Shown here piece after piece: positions 36,801-47,902 of a DNA stretch of 64,000 bases (the first letter of the stretch is position 1; each line of letters starts with the position of its first letter). The position numbers were made by a program, and so were the translations under genes. Location of the stretch: assembly GCA_977018835.1 (NCBI GenBank), contig OZ361256.1, forward strand, positions 3,720,001-3,784,000, written 5' to 3'. A model generated the notes under the pieces. It was not told the DNA's origin. It was given only the letters and a program-made list of their open reading frames with translations, and did not search any database. Origin of the DNA: Minutocellus sp. GHC0000111. Its lineage: Eukaryota.

Positions 36801-38948
36801 ACGGTGTTGTTGAGATTGATATGCTCGATTTCGAAAAGAATGAAGAGCTCATTGCCTTGGTCAAGAGTCGAAGGGCCCTTGTCAGCTCTGGTGGTGCGCG
36901 ACGAGAAAAGAAGTCCAAGAAACAGCAGAACGAGCGCCCTCTCAAGCCAATCCTGATCCTCGAGCAAGATTCATTGGGTTCCATGTACTGGCAGAGTTAT
37001 GATGACGAGAGCAGAGTCTGTGATTTCGTCTCCGGTGAGGTTGCTGCCCTTGCGGCCAAAAATGATTTGGCAACGACGGGCAAAAATCTGGCGGCGGCAT
37101 TCGAATTTGATGAAGGTACAAAGAAGGTTCTGCAGCACTTCAAGAAAAACTCCTGATGCCAAGGAGACGGTAATCGAGTGTCTCCATTCCGTTGGCCTCC
37201 TCTGTTTGATGTGTGGCGATGGCGCCAATGATGTTGGCGCACTCAAGGCTGCTGATGTCGGCGTTGCACTTCTTTCGGGATTTGGCGATGTCAATGTCGA
37301 CAAGGGTGAAGATGCCAATAAAAAGAAGCAGTCGTATGAGTTTCCTCCCATCGAAAGAGTTCTACCACCGAATCAGCTGGATGCTATGAGGAATATGCCC
37401 ATATGGATCATCAAGCAGCAGATCAAAAAGGTCGGAGGCAACCCCGATCAGTATCCAGAACTCGTGGAGAAGGAAGACCTCCTCAAGCTATATGAGATTA
37501 GAGCTCGTGAGCAAGCGTACAAAAAGCAGACCGTCATGGTTGCAGGAAAGAGAATGAACAAGGCCGAGGCCCAGGCCAAGCAAAAGGCTGATATGGCTGA
37601 AAAGCAACGCAAATTGGCTTTACGAGTTCAAGAATTGGAGGCACAGGGCGTCCAATGGGCCCAATTCAAGGCCATGAAGGAATTCACAGCCAATGAAATG
37701 GCCGAAGCGAAAAAAAGAAGCAGCAGATGGCCAAGAATCACAGTGTAGAGGGTTCTGCCGCAAATATTGTTGCTCAGCTCGAAGACTTGGAGATGGATGA
37801 GCTTCCAATGGTCAAGCTTGGCGATGCCAGTATTGCTGCACCGTTCACAAGTAAGATGCCATCAATCAAGAGTTGCGTCGACATTATCCGACAAGGGCGG
37901 TGCACGCTAGTTACCAGCATTCAAATGGTGAGTGCATGCAGTGTCATGGGTTATTATCATGAGATATTTTCGTTTACGACTAAGTGTGAATGCCGCGCTA
38001 ACATATCACATCACTTACCTCCCTTCATCCTCCTTCCATTTTCAGTACCAAATCCTTGCGCTGAACTGCCTCATCAGTGCCTACTCGCTCTCCGTCCTTT
38101 ATTTGGATGGTGTCAAATATGGCGACAAGCAAATGACGGCAATGGGCATGCTCATGTCTATTTCCTTCATGTCTGTCTCGCGATCCAAGCCGCTCGACAA
38201 GCTTTCCTCGGTGAAGCCTCTGACGAGTATCTTTCATCCGTCGCTCTTCATCAGTCTTTTGGGCCAGTTCAGCGTCCACCTCGTTACCATGATGCTTGCC
38301 GTACGAAGTGCCAAGGAGCACTTGCCCCCTGACTATAAAGTCGACCTCGATGGAGAATTCAAGCCGGGCATCGTGAACAGTGTCGTGTTCCTCTGCTCCA
38401 ATGTCCAGAGCGTAACGGTCTTTGTTGTAAATCTTCAGGGACGACCGTTCATGAATGGTCTGACCGAGAACCGACCACTCCTTTGGAGTCTCTTGGCGGC
38501 ATTTATTCTCACCTTCATGTTCGCGAGCGAGAGTGTTCAGAGTCTCAACAAGTACTTCCAGCTAGTTGCGTTCCCTGACGAGGCTTTCCGAGACTTTATC
38601 CTTAAAATCCTCGTTGCCGATGTTGTCACCTGCTTCTGCTTTGACCGACTGATGAAACTCATTTTCTGCCCCAAGGTTTTGTTCGCCAGTGTGGAGGGCA
38701 CCACCATGAAGGATGTCTTTGGCCTCGGCAAGACAATTGCCATAATTCTTTTCATCATGAATATGTTCTTGGGCAACAACGAACAATGGGACGAGATGAT
38801 TGCGGAAGAGGAACGCCTTGAAGCCCTTGCGAATGCCACCGACGACGGCGAAGGTGGAATCCTCGGCGCTGTCGATGGCGAGGCTGAAGTATGCGTCGGG
38901 GACTCCTGTAATGCAACAGATGCTACGGGCATGGGCGATGAATTCTAG
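33824..38948 (+). pseudogene. P5A-type ATPase (Spf1/ATP13A1-like) with two frameshifts
   Basis: [37 protein letters not shown]; introns 34059-34190 and 37928-38045; lesions at ~37145 (the VFARM segment is lost) and ~37712 (A-run). Confidence 0.93.
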
Positions 38949-39253
38949 CTACGTAAAGTTGTGATACGACCTAGCACCAGTTTTGATTCAATTTGCGAAT
39001 GCCTTCTTTTAATTTATGTACATGACACGTATCTACTGTATTTATTTGCTCGTTGCTGTACTAGGGTGGCTGCCTCGGCTTATGCCGGCAATCCCACATC
39101 TCATTGCTTATTTTCATTTCGTGCGCGCATTTATTTGCTTCATGTAATCTAATTCCCGCGTTGACTTATGGCATTATATGTACCTGCTTCTGAGTATTCA
39201 TTGTTTATCTCGTTTTGGGTCTTCACATTGATCATATATATAAACACATATTT

Positions 39254-42200
39254 TTATCGTCGAAGCTCACTCCCAAGTCTCCGTTCGACCGACATTACGG
39301 AGTCGATTTCGCGGAGCTCGTCCATGAGGGTTTGCAGCTCGTCCACGTTTTTCACTTGGACCAGGAACTCGAGAATGGCGTGCTCGTTGGTTGTTGTGCT
39401 GCCTGTTCGAACAATTTCTGAACAACGCGAAACGGCTTCGCTACAATCGGCCAATAGGAGCTTCCTATCCGCAGCGACGAGAACTACTTCGGCCAAGTAG
39501 AAATCATCATCGTCTTGGTGCGATTCGTCGGCCTCGGGCCATTTGAGGGCGACTGGAACCTCAGCCTCATGAGGTTTGTAATTTACCTGACGATTGGTAA
39601 ATCGATTCGATGTCTTGTCGTCGCTGCTGATCGGAGCAGCCGACGACGATCGAAGGAGGGCCCTTTCCGCATGCGGACAACCGCGCCTGTGGACCGTCGC
39701 TGTGATACCGATACCGGCGTCTCCGGCTGGTCTTGTCCCTACAATGTCGTCGCCAAAGATAGGGAGGCAATCCTCGCACAAGTGATCCGGATCAGCAACT
39801 TCGAGGCTGATTCCAGGGCTGTAATTCATATCGCCATTGAGAGGCATAGTGTACGCATCGCCATTGATACCGCCCTCACCGTTGGTGGCGGCGTCGATGG
39901 CACTGCCCAACTTGGCCTCCTTCGCCGCCGCTGCAGCATCTCGTGCTATACTTCGACTGCGAAGTACCGCCGAAGTGACACTTTCAAGAATGCTGGCATG
40001 CTTTGATTCCTCTGCCTCGGTGAAACGAGACAGCGGGACCTTGAATATCTTGGACACGATGCCCCGCAAGAAGGATCGATTGTGACTCTTACCGATGGCA
40101 ACCAAGAGCTGGTCGACCTCTTTGTACCGAGTTCGCCCGGGGAGATAATTATTCATCCGTTGCAGGTCGTCGACGGGAATGTCGATCGGTTGAGGTAGAT
40201 AAGATGCTTCCTGTATCAATTCCCTGTGCATTTGCAAGAAATCATGCAAGAGGATCTTCCCTGCTTCCCGGAGGCTTTCCTTTTGCTTCTCGCGGAAGTA
40301 TGCTCGCAGCTTGGACCGAGTGGAACGGCTCTTGGCATACCTCATCCAGTCAATCTGCGGAGTACCTTTCCCAGTGAGAATCGAGACGACATCGCCATTC
40401 TGCAGCTCGTAAGCAAAGGGCACTGGCTTGCCATTGATCTCAGCACCATGCATGGCAAGTCCCACCTCGGAGTGGATCTGAAAGGCGGCATCAATCACCG
40501 TGGCACCGCGGGCTAGATTCAGAATCTTTCCGTTCCTCAAAAACACAAACACACGCTTGCCGAGTAGTTCCTGTCGGACACAGTCGACGAAATCGCGGGA
40601 GCAAACCACATCATCCTGCCATTCCTTGATGCTGGACAGCCACGGCGTGTTGTACACGTCACCACCATCGGTCCGCTTTTTGGAGTCAGTGTAGGCCCAG
40701 TGAGAGGCCATGCCATACTCGGCCACTTGGTGCATCGCCGCCGTGCGAATCTGTACCTCGACTACCTGCCCATTCAAGTTCAATGCCGTGTGAAGAGACT
40801 GGTACCCATTGGGCTTGGGGAAGGAGATGTAATCCTTCACCCTGGTCGGGACGGGTTGAAATCCTGGCAGATGCTGCACCAATCCCAACACATGGTAGCA
40901 CAACCACACGCCTCGATCGGCTACATTTTTCTCCATCTCTTCTTCGGACGGGGGATTGGGGGTCAGAATGACCCGCAACGCCACGACGTCGGCAATATGG
41001 TCCAAATCCTTGGTCTCCTTCGTTTCCATCTTGTGCCACAGGGAGTACAGCTCCTTCGTTCGTCCCATCACCTCGATCTTCGTGGCCTGATCCCTCAGGG
41101 TTGGATCGGATTCCAACGTTTGCTGCAGAATTTCCTTCGACTTGTCCAACGTATCACGGAACTTGGTCTGGTGCTTCCGCAGCTCGCGGTTCAACCGACG
41201 GTATTCGGCGGGGTAGAGGTACATGAAGGCCGTGTCCTCGAGCTCCGACTTGAACTGCCAGATACCCATCCGGTGGGCAAGCGGCGCAAAAATATCAAGG
41301 GTCTCGCGGCTGATCTTGACCTGCTTCTCGGGCTTCATGTGCTGGAGGGTTCGCAGGTTGTGCAGCCGATCGGCCAACTTGACGATGATGATGCGATAGT
41401 CCTCCGTCATGGCCACGAACATTTGGCGCAGATTCTCCGCCTGCTCGTCGGCGTAGTCGTTGAAGACCAACTTCGGCAGCTTGGACACCTTGGTCTCGCC
41501 CTCGACGATGGTCCGGACGACGGGGCCGAACATGGCCTCGACCTGGGAGAAGGTGAGGTCGGTATCTTCGACCGTGTCGTGAAGGAGGCCGGCCGCCACG
41601 GTTTCGGCGTCCATCTTCAGCCCCGACAGGAGCAGCGACACCTCGACGGGATGGATGATGAAGGGCTCGCCGGACTTGCGCTTCTGCTCCCGGTGGGCGC
41701 GGTAGGCCACCCTGAGGGCCTGGTGGATCATGTGGCAGCCCTCGGTGCCCAGGTAGGCCACGGTGGGCATGATCTGTCCCCAGTACCTCTCGATCTCGCC
41801 GTGATCAAAGGACGTCAGATCGCGCAGGCCGTTGTACAGTACCTCCATGGCCTCCTCCTCGGTGGACATGTCCTCCTTCCCGGGCCCGTAGATGGCCGCA
41901 TTGGTGCCGTCGGCCATGAGGGTCGTCCACATGTTGACCTCCGGGGCCGTTTCGGATATGGCCCTGCCGTTGGGATTGGCGAAGGAATTCGCCTCACCGC
42001 CAGCAGCAGCAGCAGCTTCAGAGTATTCGTCAGCATCGGTCGGCAGGGGTGCGGCAAAGGTCGAGCCGCCGTGAAATCCGTAGGGAGAATCCTCCCCGCT
42101 GCTGCCACCGACACCCCCTGGAGCCGGTGGGGCCGCGGGGACGGTATCGGCAAAGAAGGGCCGGGACGTCGACGACGACGCGTGCGTCGGGTGGTGGGCC

Positions 42201-42646
42201 ATGGTATCATTGTGCTGTGACTGTTGTGGATGTGGCGGTTGCTGGTCACCGCCGGCGGCACTGTTGGGCTTGCCCTCTCTGGGATCAAAGAGGGACGAGA
42301 ACAGGGCCGACGAGGATGTAATGGTGGTTGAGCTGGAGCTTCGTCTTCTCCTCCGATAATTGTTGTTGGTCATTTTCGACGACATTGACGTCGTGCTACT
42401 GTCTGCAACGGCAGCGCCGGTCGGAATCCTTTTCGGGAGGGTCAAACTGGTTATGCCAGCAGGAGCGGTACCAGTGCCGGGAGAGAATGCACCTACTCCC
42501 TGAACGGCGCCTACTGCGGTGGCGAGGGCGGCCGCGGCGCATAGGATGGCCGGGGTCGAGGAGGACGAAGACGAACCAGCCGGTAGCGATGCGACCATGT
42601 TCGTGTTCGCTGCTGCGTGCTGAGGGCGAGTCATTATTATTTCCAC
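39254..42646 (-). CDS. RelA/SpoT homologue (ppGpp synthetase/hydrolase), likely plastid-targeted
   Basis: AHREQKRKSGEPFIIHP, LLHDTVED (HD); KDYISFPKPNGYQSLHT, EVQIRT; TGS and ACT domains; signal + GAF motif; intact ORF, true start may be a downstream Met. Confidence 0.95.
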   Translation of the reverse strand: MEIIMTRPQHAAANTNMVASLPAGSSSSSSTPAILCAAAALATAVGAVQGVGAFSPGTGTAPAGITSLTLPKRIPTGAAVADSSTTSMSSKMTNNNYRRRRRSSSSTTITSSSALFSSLFDPREGKPNSAAGGDQQPPHPQQSQHNDTMAHHPTHASSSTSRPFFADTVPAAPPAPGGVGGSSGEDSPYGFHGGSTFAAPLPTDADEYSEAAAAAGGEANSFANPNGRAISETAPEVNMWTTLMADGTNAAIYGPGKEDMSTEEEAMEVLYNGLRDLTSFDHGEIERYWGQIMPTVAYLGTEGCHMIHQALRVAYRAHREQKRKSGEPFIIHPVEVSLLLSGLKMDAETVAAGLLHDTVEDTDLTFSQVEAMFGPVVRTIVEGETKVSKLPKLVFNDYADEQAENLRQMFVAMTEDYRIIIVKLADRLHNLRTLQHMKPEKQVKISRETLDIFAPLAHRMGIWQFKSELEDTAFMYLYPAEYRRLNRELRKHQTKFRDTLDKSKEILQQTLESDPTLRDQATKIEVMGRTKELYSLWHKMETKETKDLDHIADVVALRVILTPNPPSEEEMEKNVADRGVWLCYHVLGLVQHLPGFQPVPTRVKDYISFPKPNGYQSLHTALNLNGQVVEVQIRTAAMHQVAEYGMASHWAYTDSKKRTDGGDVYNTPWLSSIKEWQDDVVCSRDFVDCVRQELLGKRVFVFLRNGKILNLARGATVIDAAFQIHSEVGLAMHGAEINGKPVPFAYELQNGDVVSILTGKGTPQIDWMRYAKSRSTRSKLRAYFREKQKESLREAGKILLHDFLQMHRELIQEASYLPQPIDIPVDDLQRMNNYLPGRTRYKEVDQLLVAIGKSHNRSFLRGIVSKIFKVPLSRFTEAEESKHASILESVTSAVLRSRSIARDAAAAAKEAKLGSAIDAATNGEGGINGDAYTMPLNGDMNYSPGISLEVADPDHLCEDCLPIFGDDIVGTRPAGDAGIGITATVHRRGCPHAERALLRSSSAAPISSDDKTSNRFTNRQVNYKPHEAEVPVALKWPEADESHQDDDDFYLAEVVLVAADRKLLLADCSEAVSRCSEIVRTGSTTTNEHAILEFLVQVKNVDELQTLMDELREIDSVMSVERRLGSELRR

Positions 42647-43165
42647 GGGATGTGCTCGAAATTCTCAAAAGTACGGAGCGTCCTGGGTCAGAGAAGAGTA
42701 TTGAAGAAAAAGTGCTCTTCTTCAGCGGTCCTTGGTCTATGGCAGCAGCAGCCTATTCTCTGCCCGTTCTCTCGACGGATTGTTGATGTCTTTACCACTG
42801 GCTTTCAAGACCAGAAAAACAATGCGTCGTTAGCCGAAAACACAGCGCAAGGCAAGGACCTGCCTCCTTCGGCACCAGCAGCTCACGGAAAAATTGAGTT
42901 GCCGCTGGCTGCGTAACTGCTGCTTGAGTGGTATGAATGATACCGGTAGTACCCGCGCGGGGGTTCTTCCGCTTGCGTACATGTACCTAGGTATGAGATG
43001 TGCCATTTTGTTCTGTGGTCTATGTTGCTCAAATTGGTTTTTGAGTATCACATGACGTGTCACAGAAAGTCCTCTCTATCGGTGCGTTCGTTCCGATGAT
43101 TCCGGCACAATCTGATCTGGAAGCAATGGCAATGACAACTTGCTACTGACTTATATTCACTCGCA

Positions 43166-44833
43166 ATGATGAACGCAGCCAAGAGGCAGGATTACGATGC
43201 CATCGATCAGGTTGCGTCCTCGTCGGGCCCCACTCCCACCGCCGCCTCTCCAGCACCACCCATGGTGCCATCCACGAACGACCAAAATTTCGTCCAGCAA
43301 CAACGCCATCGCACACCGCTCTCCATCTCGTCCGAGGCCGAGATAATCTCCATCGATGCGGCGATTGATAGCCTCGGCACCGGACCATTCCAAATACGTG
43401 TCCTGTTCGCGGCGGGTCTGTGCTTCGCTGCCGACTCCATGGAAATCATGTTGCTGTCGTTCTTGTCGATAATACTCCAAGACGAATGGGGATTGACGGC
43501 AGCGCAGACGGCCACCATTACCAGCTGTGTGTTCGCTGGATCACTTACCGGAACACTGATATTGGGACCATTGGGGGATCGGATAGGCCGCCGGCCGATA
43601 TTCTTGGCGTGCGGTCTCATCATTTCCCTCTTTGGCATTGCCACCGGATTTGCAACTAATTACGTCCAGTTGGTTCTGACGAGATTCTTGGTTGGTTTCG
43701 GGGTCGGTGGTTTGACAGTGCCGTTCGATATACTTGCTGAATTCCTCCCTACGCAAATACGCGGTCGTTATCTTCTATTGATCGAATATTTCTGGACAGC
43801 CGGGAGCATGGCAGTACCGATTGTAGCATACTTGACGGTTGGCAAAGGGTTGAGTTGGAATATTTTCGTTTTAATATGCGCCATTCCATGCATTGCCAGC
43901 TTTGTCATGGGAGCATACTTGGTACCGGAAAGTCCCCGATGGTTGCTATCGCAGGGAAGGAAAGATGAGGCGTTGCAGATCCTTCGAGATGCTGCGGCGG
44001 TGAACAAGCTGGATCCAATGACGGTGTACCCCAGCGGTACAGAATTGCAAGATGAGAAGGAAGAGACGGGGAAATTTGCCGATCTGCTTTCACCAAAATG
44101 GAAAAAAATAACTTTGTTATTGTGGGGAGCATGGACGGGCTTTGCCTACTGTTACTACGGCACTATAATCGCAGTCACTAGAGTCTTTGAAGTATCGGGT
44201 GGAGATGCAATGGACGATGATTTGGGCAATGGTGCTACTGATGATGATATCAGTAATGCCGGTGTTCAATTCGATTATCAGGCAATTTTCATCAGTTCCT
44301 CGGCCGAGCTCATTGGAACAGCGCTTGTTGTGTTCCTAGTCGATCGTGCCGGGCGCATTGCGAGTCAGGTATCAGCTTATCTGATTGGTGGCATATGCTT
44401 GTTTCTCCTTTGCTTTTTTGCCGAAAGTAGAAACCGGCCGTTTTTGATATGCGTATCCTTTGGTGCAAGAGTCTGTGAAATGATGGGATCATGCGTCACC
44501 TGGGTGACCACCGCTGAGGTTTTGTCGACAGAGATTCGAACTACAGGCCATAGCGCAGCCAATGCAGTGGCTCGAACGGGTGGTTTCTTTTCACCATATC
44601 TCGTCGGTGGCAAATTGCCTCTGCCTACCATTGGTATCATCATGCTTGTCATTCATCTTTTTTCGGCATTTTGTGCATCCAGGTTGCCAGAAACCAGAGG
44701 CAAGAGATTGGGACATGCCCTATCGATGGCGGACAATGGTGATGGATATCAATATGAAACAGAAATGTCGTCAGCCGAGGCTCGCGTATCAGTCACTCTC
44801 ACTGATAACATACCAGAGGGCACTCTCACGTGA
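43166..44833 (+). CDS. MFS transporter, SV2/SVOP-like
   Basis: GLCFAADSME, LGDRIGRR, AEFLP..RG, VPESPRWL, LPETRG; about 12 TMs. Confidence 0.92.
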   Translation: MMNAAKRQDYDAIDQVASSSGPTPTAASPAPPMVPSTNDQNFVQQQRHRTPLSISSEAEIISIDAAIDSLGTGPFQIRVLFAAGLCFAADSMEIMLLSFLSIILQDEWGLTAAQTATITSCVFAGSLTGTLILGPLGDRIGRRPIFLACGLIISLFGIATGFATNYVQLVLTRFLVGFGVGGLTVPFDILAEFLPTQIRGRYLLLIEYFWTAGSMAVPIVAYLTVGKGLSWNIFVLICAIPCIASFVMGAYLVPESPRWLLSQGRKDEALQILRDAAAVNKLDPMTVYPSGTELQDEKEETGKFADLLSPKWKKITLLLWGAWTGFAYCYYGTIIAVTRVFEVSGGDAMDDDLGNGATDDDISNAGVQFDYQAIFISSSAELIGTALVVFLVDRAGRIASQVSAYLIGGICLFLLCFFAESRNRPFLICVSFGARVCEMMGSCVTWVTTAEVLSTEIRTTGHSAANAVARTGGFFSPYLVGGKLPLPTIGIIMLVIHLFSAFCASRLPETRGKRLGHALSMADNGDGYQYETEMSSAEARVSVTLTDNIPEGTLT

Positions 44834-44865
44834 GCATCAATATAAACTAAAATTTTTGTTGTATA

Positions 44866-45819
44866 TTATTTTGTTATGGGTCGTAGCTCGCTGGTTGGAA
44901 ATCGCCGCTTATACCTTTCATATTCTGTGAGGCGCCCCTCTGCATCGGCACTTGATACGCCAGAAATTTCATTTTTCGAATTTCCATCAGCCTCGATGGT
45001 GTGCATCCCCTCGCATCCACCGCCTTCAATTGTCCAATATTCGCCTTCATTCGTCGTCCCTTCCGGTGAATCACCTTCTAATCTCACTTCGCTATTCCAC
45101 GCTTCCCTATTTGCCATTATTCGTGGCCAAAACGGATACGTCGAACAATGAATTGGCCTGGCCTCATAAATGTTACACAGGCCCTCATCGTTGAGAAATA
45201 TGCATGACCCATCCTCTTCCTTGTGTCGCAGCACCGTCCATCCTGTCTCCCCCTCTGGTATTTGCTCTGGATCCAATGACATTGTGACTGTCACTTCCTC
45301 TTCTTCCACATATTGAGCTTTGAAGTCAGCTACTGAGAGTCCAAGCAATTTTGCTGCCTTCTTCGTTTCTGTCGGTGACATGTACACATCTCCTCTCGTC
45401 TTGCAGCACTTTCCACAGCCTGTACATTCAAAAGGAACATTGCTGTTGTTGTCGGGTCCCAATTCTGCAAACCATGGCGACTCCTCTTTGATAGCAGCAC
45501 TGGGTGGGCTCAGCCAAGGCATCAGCGGCTGATCACTGGTTGAAGGTGAGGCCAACTTCTCTGCCAATAGCTCCTCGTCGCTCTTGCCATTGCTAGTGGC
45601 ATCGTTGCCAGCAGCAGCGCGTGCGTCAGCGTGTGCTGCGTCAGCATGAGCACGGAGCGGCTGTGGTGACGCCAGTGTAGGACGTGTGGTCAAGTTAGAT
45701 GCATCATATACAAAGCCACTTGAATATGATGAGCAGGAGGCGATGGTGAGATACCAAAGAGCCACGGATGTGGAAGGGCGGTGGTGTTGCTGCAGCAGCA
45801 GTCGCGGCATGCTTGTCAT
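44866..45819 (-). CDS. YkgJ/CxxCxxCC putative Zn/Fe-chelating protein
   Basis: FECTGCGKCC..CIFL..CNIYEARPIHCSTYPFW. Confidence 0.9.
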   Translation of the reverse strand: MTSMPRLLLQQHHRPSTSVALWYLTIASCSSYSSGFVYDASNLTTRPTLASPQPLRAHADAAHADARAAAGNDATSNGKSDEELLAEKLASPSTSDQPLMPWLSPPSAAIKEESPWFAELGPDNNSNVPFECTGCGKCCKTRGDVYMSPTETKKAAKLLGLSVADFKAQYVEEEEVTVTMSLDPEQIPEGETGWTVLRHKEEDGSCIFLNDEGLCNIYEARPIHCSTYPFWPRIMANREAWNSEVRLEGDSPEGTTNEGEYWTIEGGGCEGMHTIEADGNSKNEISGVSSADAEGRLTEYERYKRRFPTSELRPITK

Positions 45820-46030
45820 CTCGGCGTTTGAATTGGTCGCATGGTGCGGTGTTGGTTGGCTCTCTGCATCTCGTGCTTTTTCTCGCTATCGACGTACGTG
45901 TACGAATCTCGTACAGTACGTACATGTATGTAGTAAGGCCGTACTACACGTACGTAGAAGTGGCCGTCCTCGGCCGATCATGTCCTCAATCTGCAAATCT
46001 AGAAATCTGCCTCATTCGACTTCCGGTACC

Positions 46031-46811
46031 ATGATGATGACGCCCTCTTCCGCTACCGTGCTACTGGCAATGGCCATTGCCACCCTGCCGTTTACACATG
46101 GCCTTTCAAACATAGTCCCGCGTTATAATCAGCAGCAGAGCACAAGAAGAGTGGCGCTCCTCACTCTCCCGTCACTTGTCGTTGGCGCTGGCGCCGCCGT
46201 TGCCGCTGCTGACGAAAGTGGCAGCTCCAAGATGAAGTTCCAGCGCTACCCCCAGCTACGATTCATTGCTGCACTGGGTGATCCCAAGGCATCCTCTGGT
46301 ACCGGGGCCGATCAGTGGGGCTTGTGGCGCGACGACCCAGGCCCTCGAGGCTTCTATCTGAGAGACTACGATCGCAAGCTCAAGAACAATGTTGCCCCTG
46401 GAGGATGGACGTTGGATAAGGATGCCATCTGGATAGAGGAGCATGGGCTGGTCATGCCCAGCCCCGGAGATTTACCCCGCACGAGTCTGAGCAAATCAAC
46501 CAAGGAATCGCTGCCCTACAAAAGATATGTCGTCACGGGAGATCGTGAGGTCACCACGGTACTCGTACTCGGTGTTTCAAGATGGACGGTGGGAGCTTGC
46601 TAAAGGAAGTTTGTACGATGTGACGCATCTGCCCTGCCGTTCGGCCAAGTATACCCCCGCCTCGGGAAGTGGCTCGTGCGTTCCATCTGCCGATGATCAA
46701 AAGGTATTTCCTGTCAAGCCAGGGGCTGAAATGCCAAGACTTTCGAATCCGAGTTGTGATAAGCTCGATTACGCGGTGTTATTTGTCTTGGGTGAGGAGG
46801 TCGTCAGCTAG
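46031..46811 (+). pseudogene. Hypothetical protein with a plastid/lumen-like presequence, frameshifted at ~46565
   Basis: Signal + STRRVALL..AAAD; QLRFIAALGDP..WGLWRDDPGPRG; continues in another frame as VFQDGRWEL..LYDVTHLPCRSAKY. Confidence 0.7.
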
Positions 46812-47004
46812 CTAAGCAAATTGCTGCTATAGTATTAATCAAAATAAGTATTTATTCACTACATTTTTGTGTGGCGTGCCGGAGCTCTCACATGCATGCA
46901 TATGCAGCATTCTGAAATGAAAAGTTCATTCGAGAGCACCTGCCACAACCATGCGCCTGCAATGACACTCATGAGCACATTCTGCACCTGCAACTACACT
47001 ACAA

Positions 47005-47655
47005 TCAAGATGTTCCCTGCAGCGTGATAACAATATGACGCGTATGTCCTCCTCCCCATCCACCCTGATCGCGATGCTCATTCAGATAGATGCCCTGCCA
47101 TGTACCCAAGGCAAGACGACCATTCCTAATCGGGATGGTAAGGCTGGCACCCATTAGCGACGATTTCATATGCCCTGGCATATCATCGTCACCCTCCATC
47201 GTGTGGCGAAAGGTACCATCGCGATTCCACTCGGCTGGAACAATCTTGTTCAGCGCAACTTCCATGTCTCTCCGAACATCAGGATCGGCGTTCTCATTGA
47301 CCGTCAGAGAAGCACTGGTATGCTGGATGAAAAGATTAGCCAGCCCAATCTTGATCTTTGATAGGTCGTCCTTGATCGCCTTATTGATATCAGTGGTAAT
47401 CAGGTGACACCCTCTGCTGGGTGCCGTGATGGAGATCTCCTTTTGGAACCACTGAGGTGCCGACATCGTTGTGCTCTCGGTTGTTGGGTTGGATGATGAG
47501 GAAAGGCACGAAGCGCTGTTACTGCTTGTTGCTCCTGAATCTGACGCTTCGACGAGCGGAACTGAGTAGATAGACGGCGAAAGGAGGAAGGCTCCAGCTA
47601 CAGGAACGAATAGGAGCAAGGGCAATAGGCGAACAGCGGCCGGTCGCAGATACAT
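47005..47655 (-). CDS. YjbQ/UPF0047 family protein
   Basis: RGCHLIT, HTSASLTVNENADPDVRRD, DDMPGHMKSSL, LGTWQGIYLNEHR; signal + GAF. Confidence 0.93.
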   Translation of the reverse strand: MYLRPAAVRLLPLLLFVPVAGAFLLSPSIYSVPLVEASDSGATSSNSASCLSSSSNPTTESTTMSAPQWFQKEISITAPSRGCHLITTDINKAIKDDLSKIKIGLANLFIQHTSASLTVNENADPDVRRDMEVALNKIVPAEWNRDGTFRHTMEGDDDMPGHMKSSLMGASLTIPIRNGRLALGTWQGIYLNEHRDQGGWGGGHTRHIVITLQGTS

Positions 47656-47902
47656 GACGAAGGCAATCGATAATGGCGCCAAGATGCATCTGAACTGCTG
47701 ACGGCTGACGGCAGAAGCGAAGATCGATCTTCCTAAATCCGTTGGTCGGGCATTTCTTATTTGGCGCGCCCGCCACAACCGGGAGTACTCCAGCCAGCAC
47801 AAATTCAAAGGCAATCCTCCACCACATGAAGACCGACCCTAGCTAGCTAGCTAGTAGCTGCCTACGTAGCTAGACCAGTCTTACTCGCATTCAACCACCA
47901 CT

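Noticed and set aside
37705..37720. Programmed frameshift in the P5A ATPase A-run
   Set aside because: A one-base homopolymer loss is more simply a mutation or sequencing error
40700..42220. 506-aa plus-strand ORF opposite RSH, and similar antisense ORFs (e.g. 5053-5847)
   Set aside because: These are shadow ORFs arising from GC3-rich codon usage of the real gene and have no recognisable motifs
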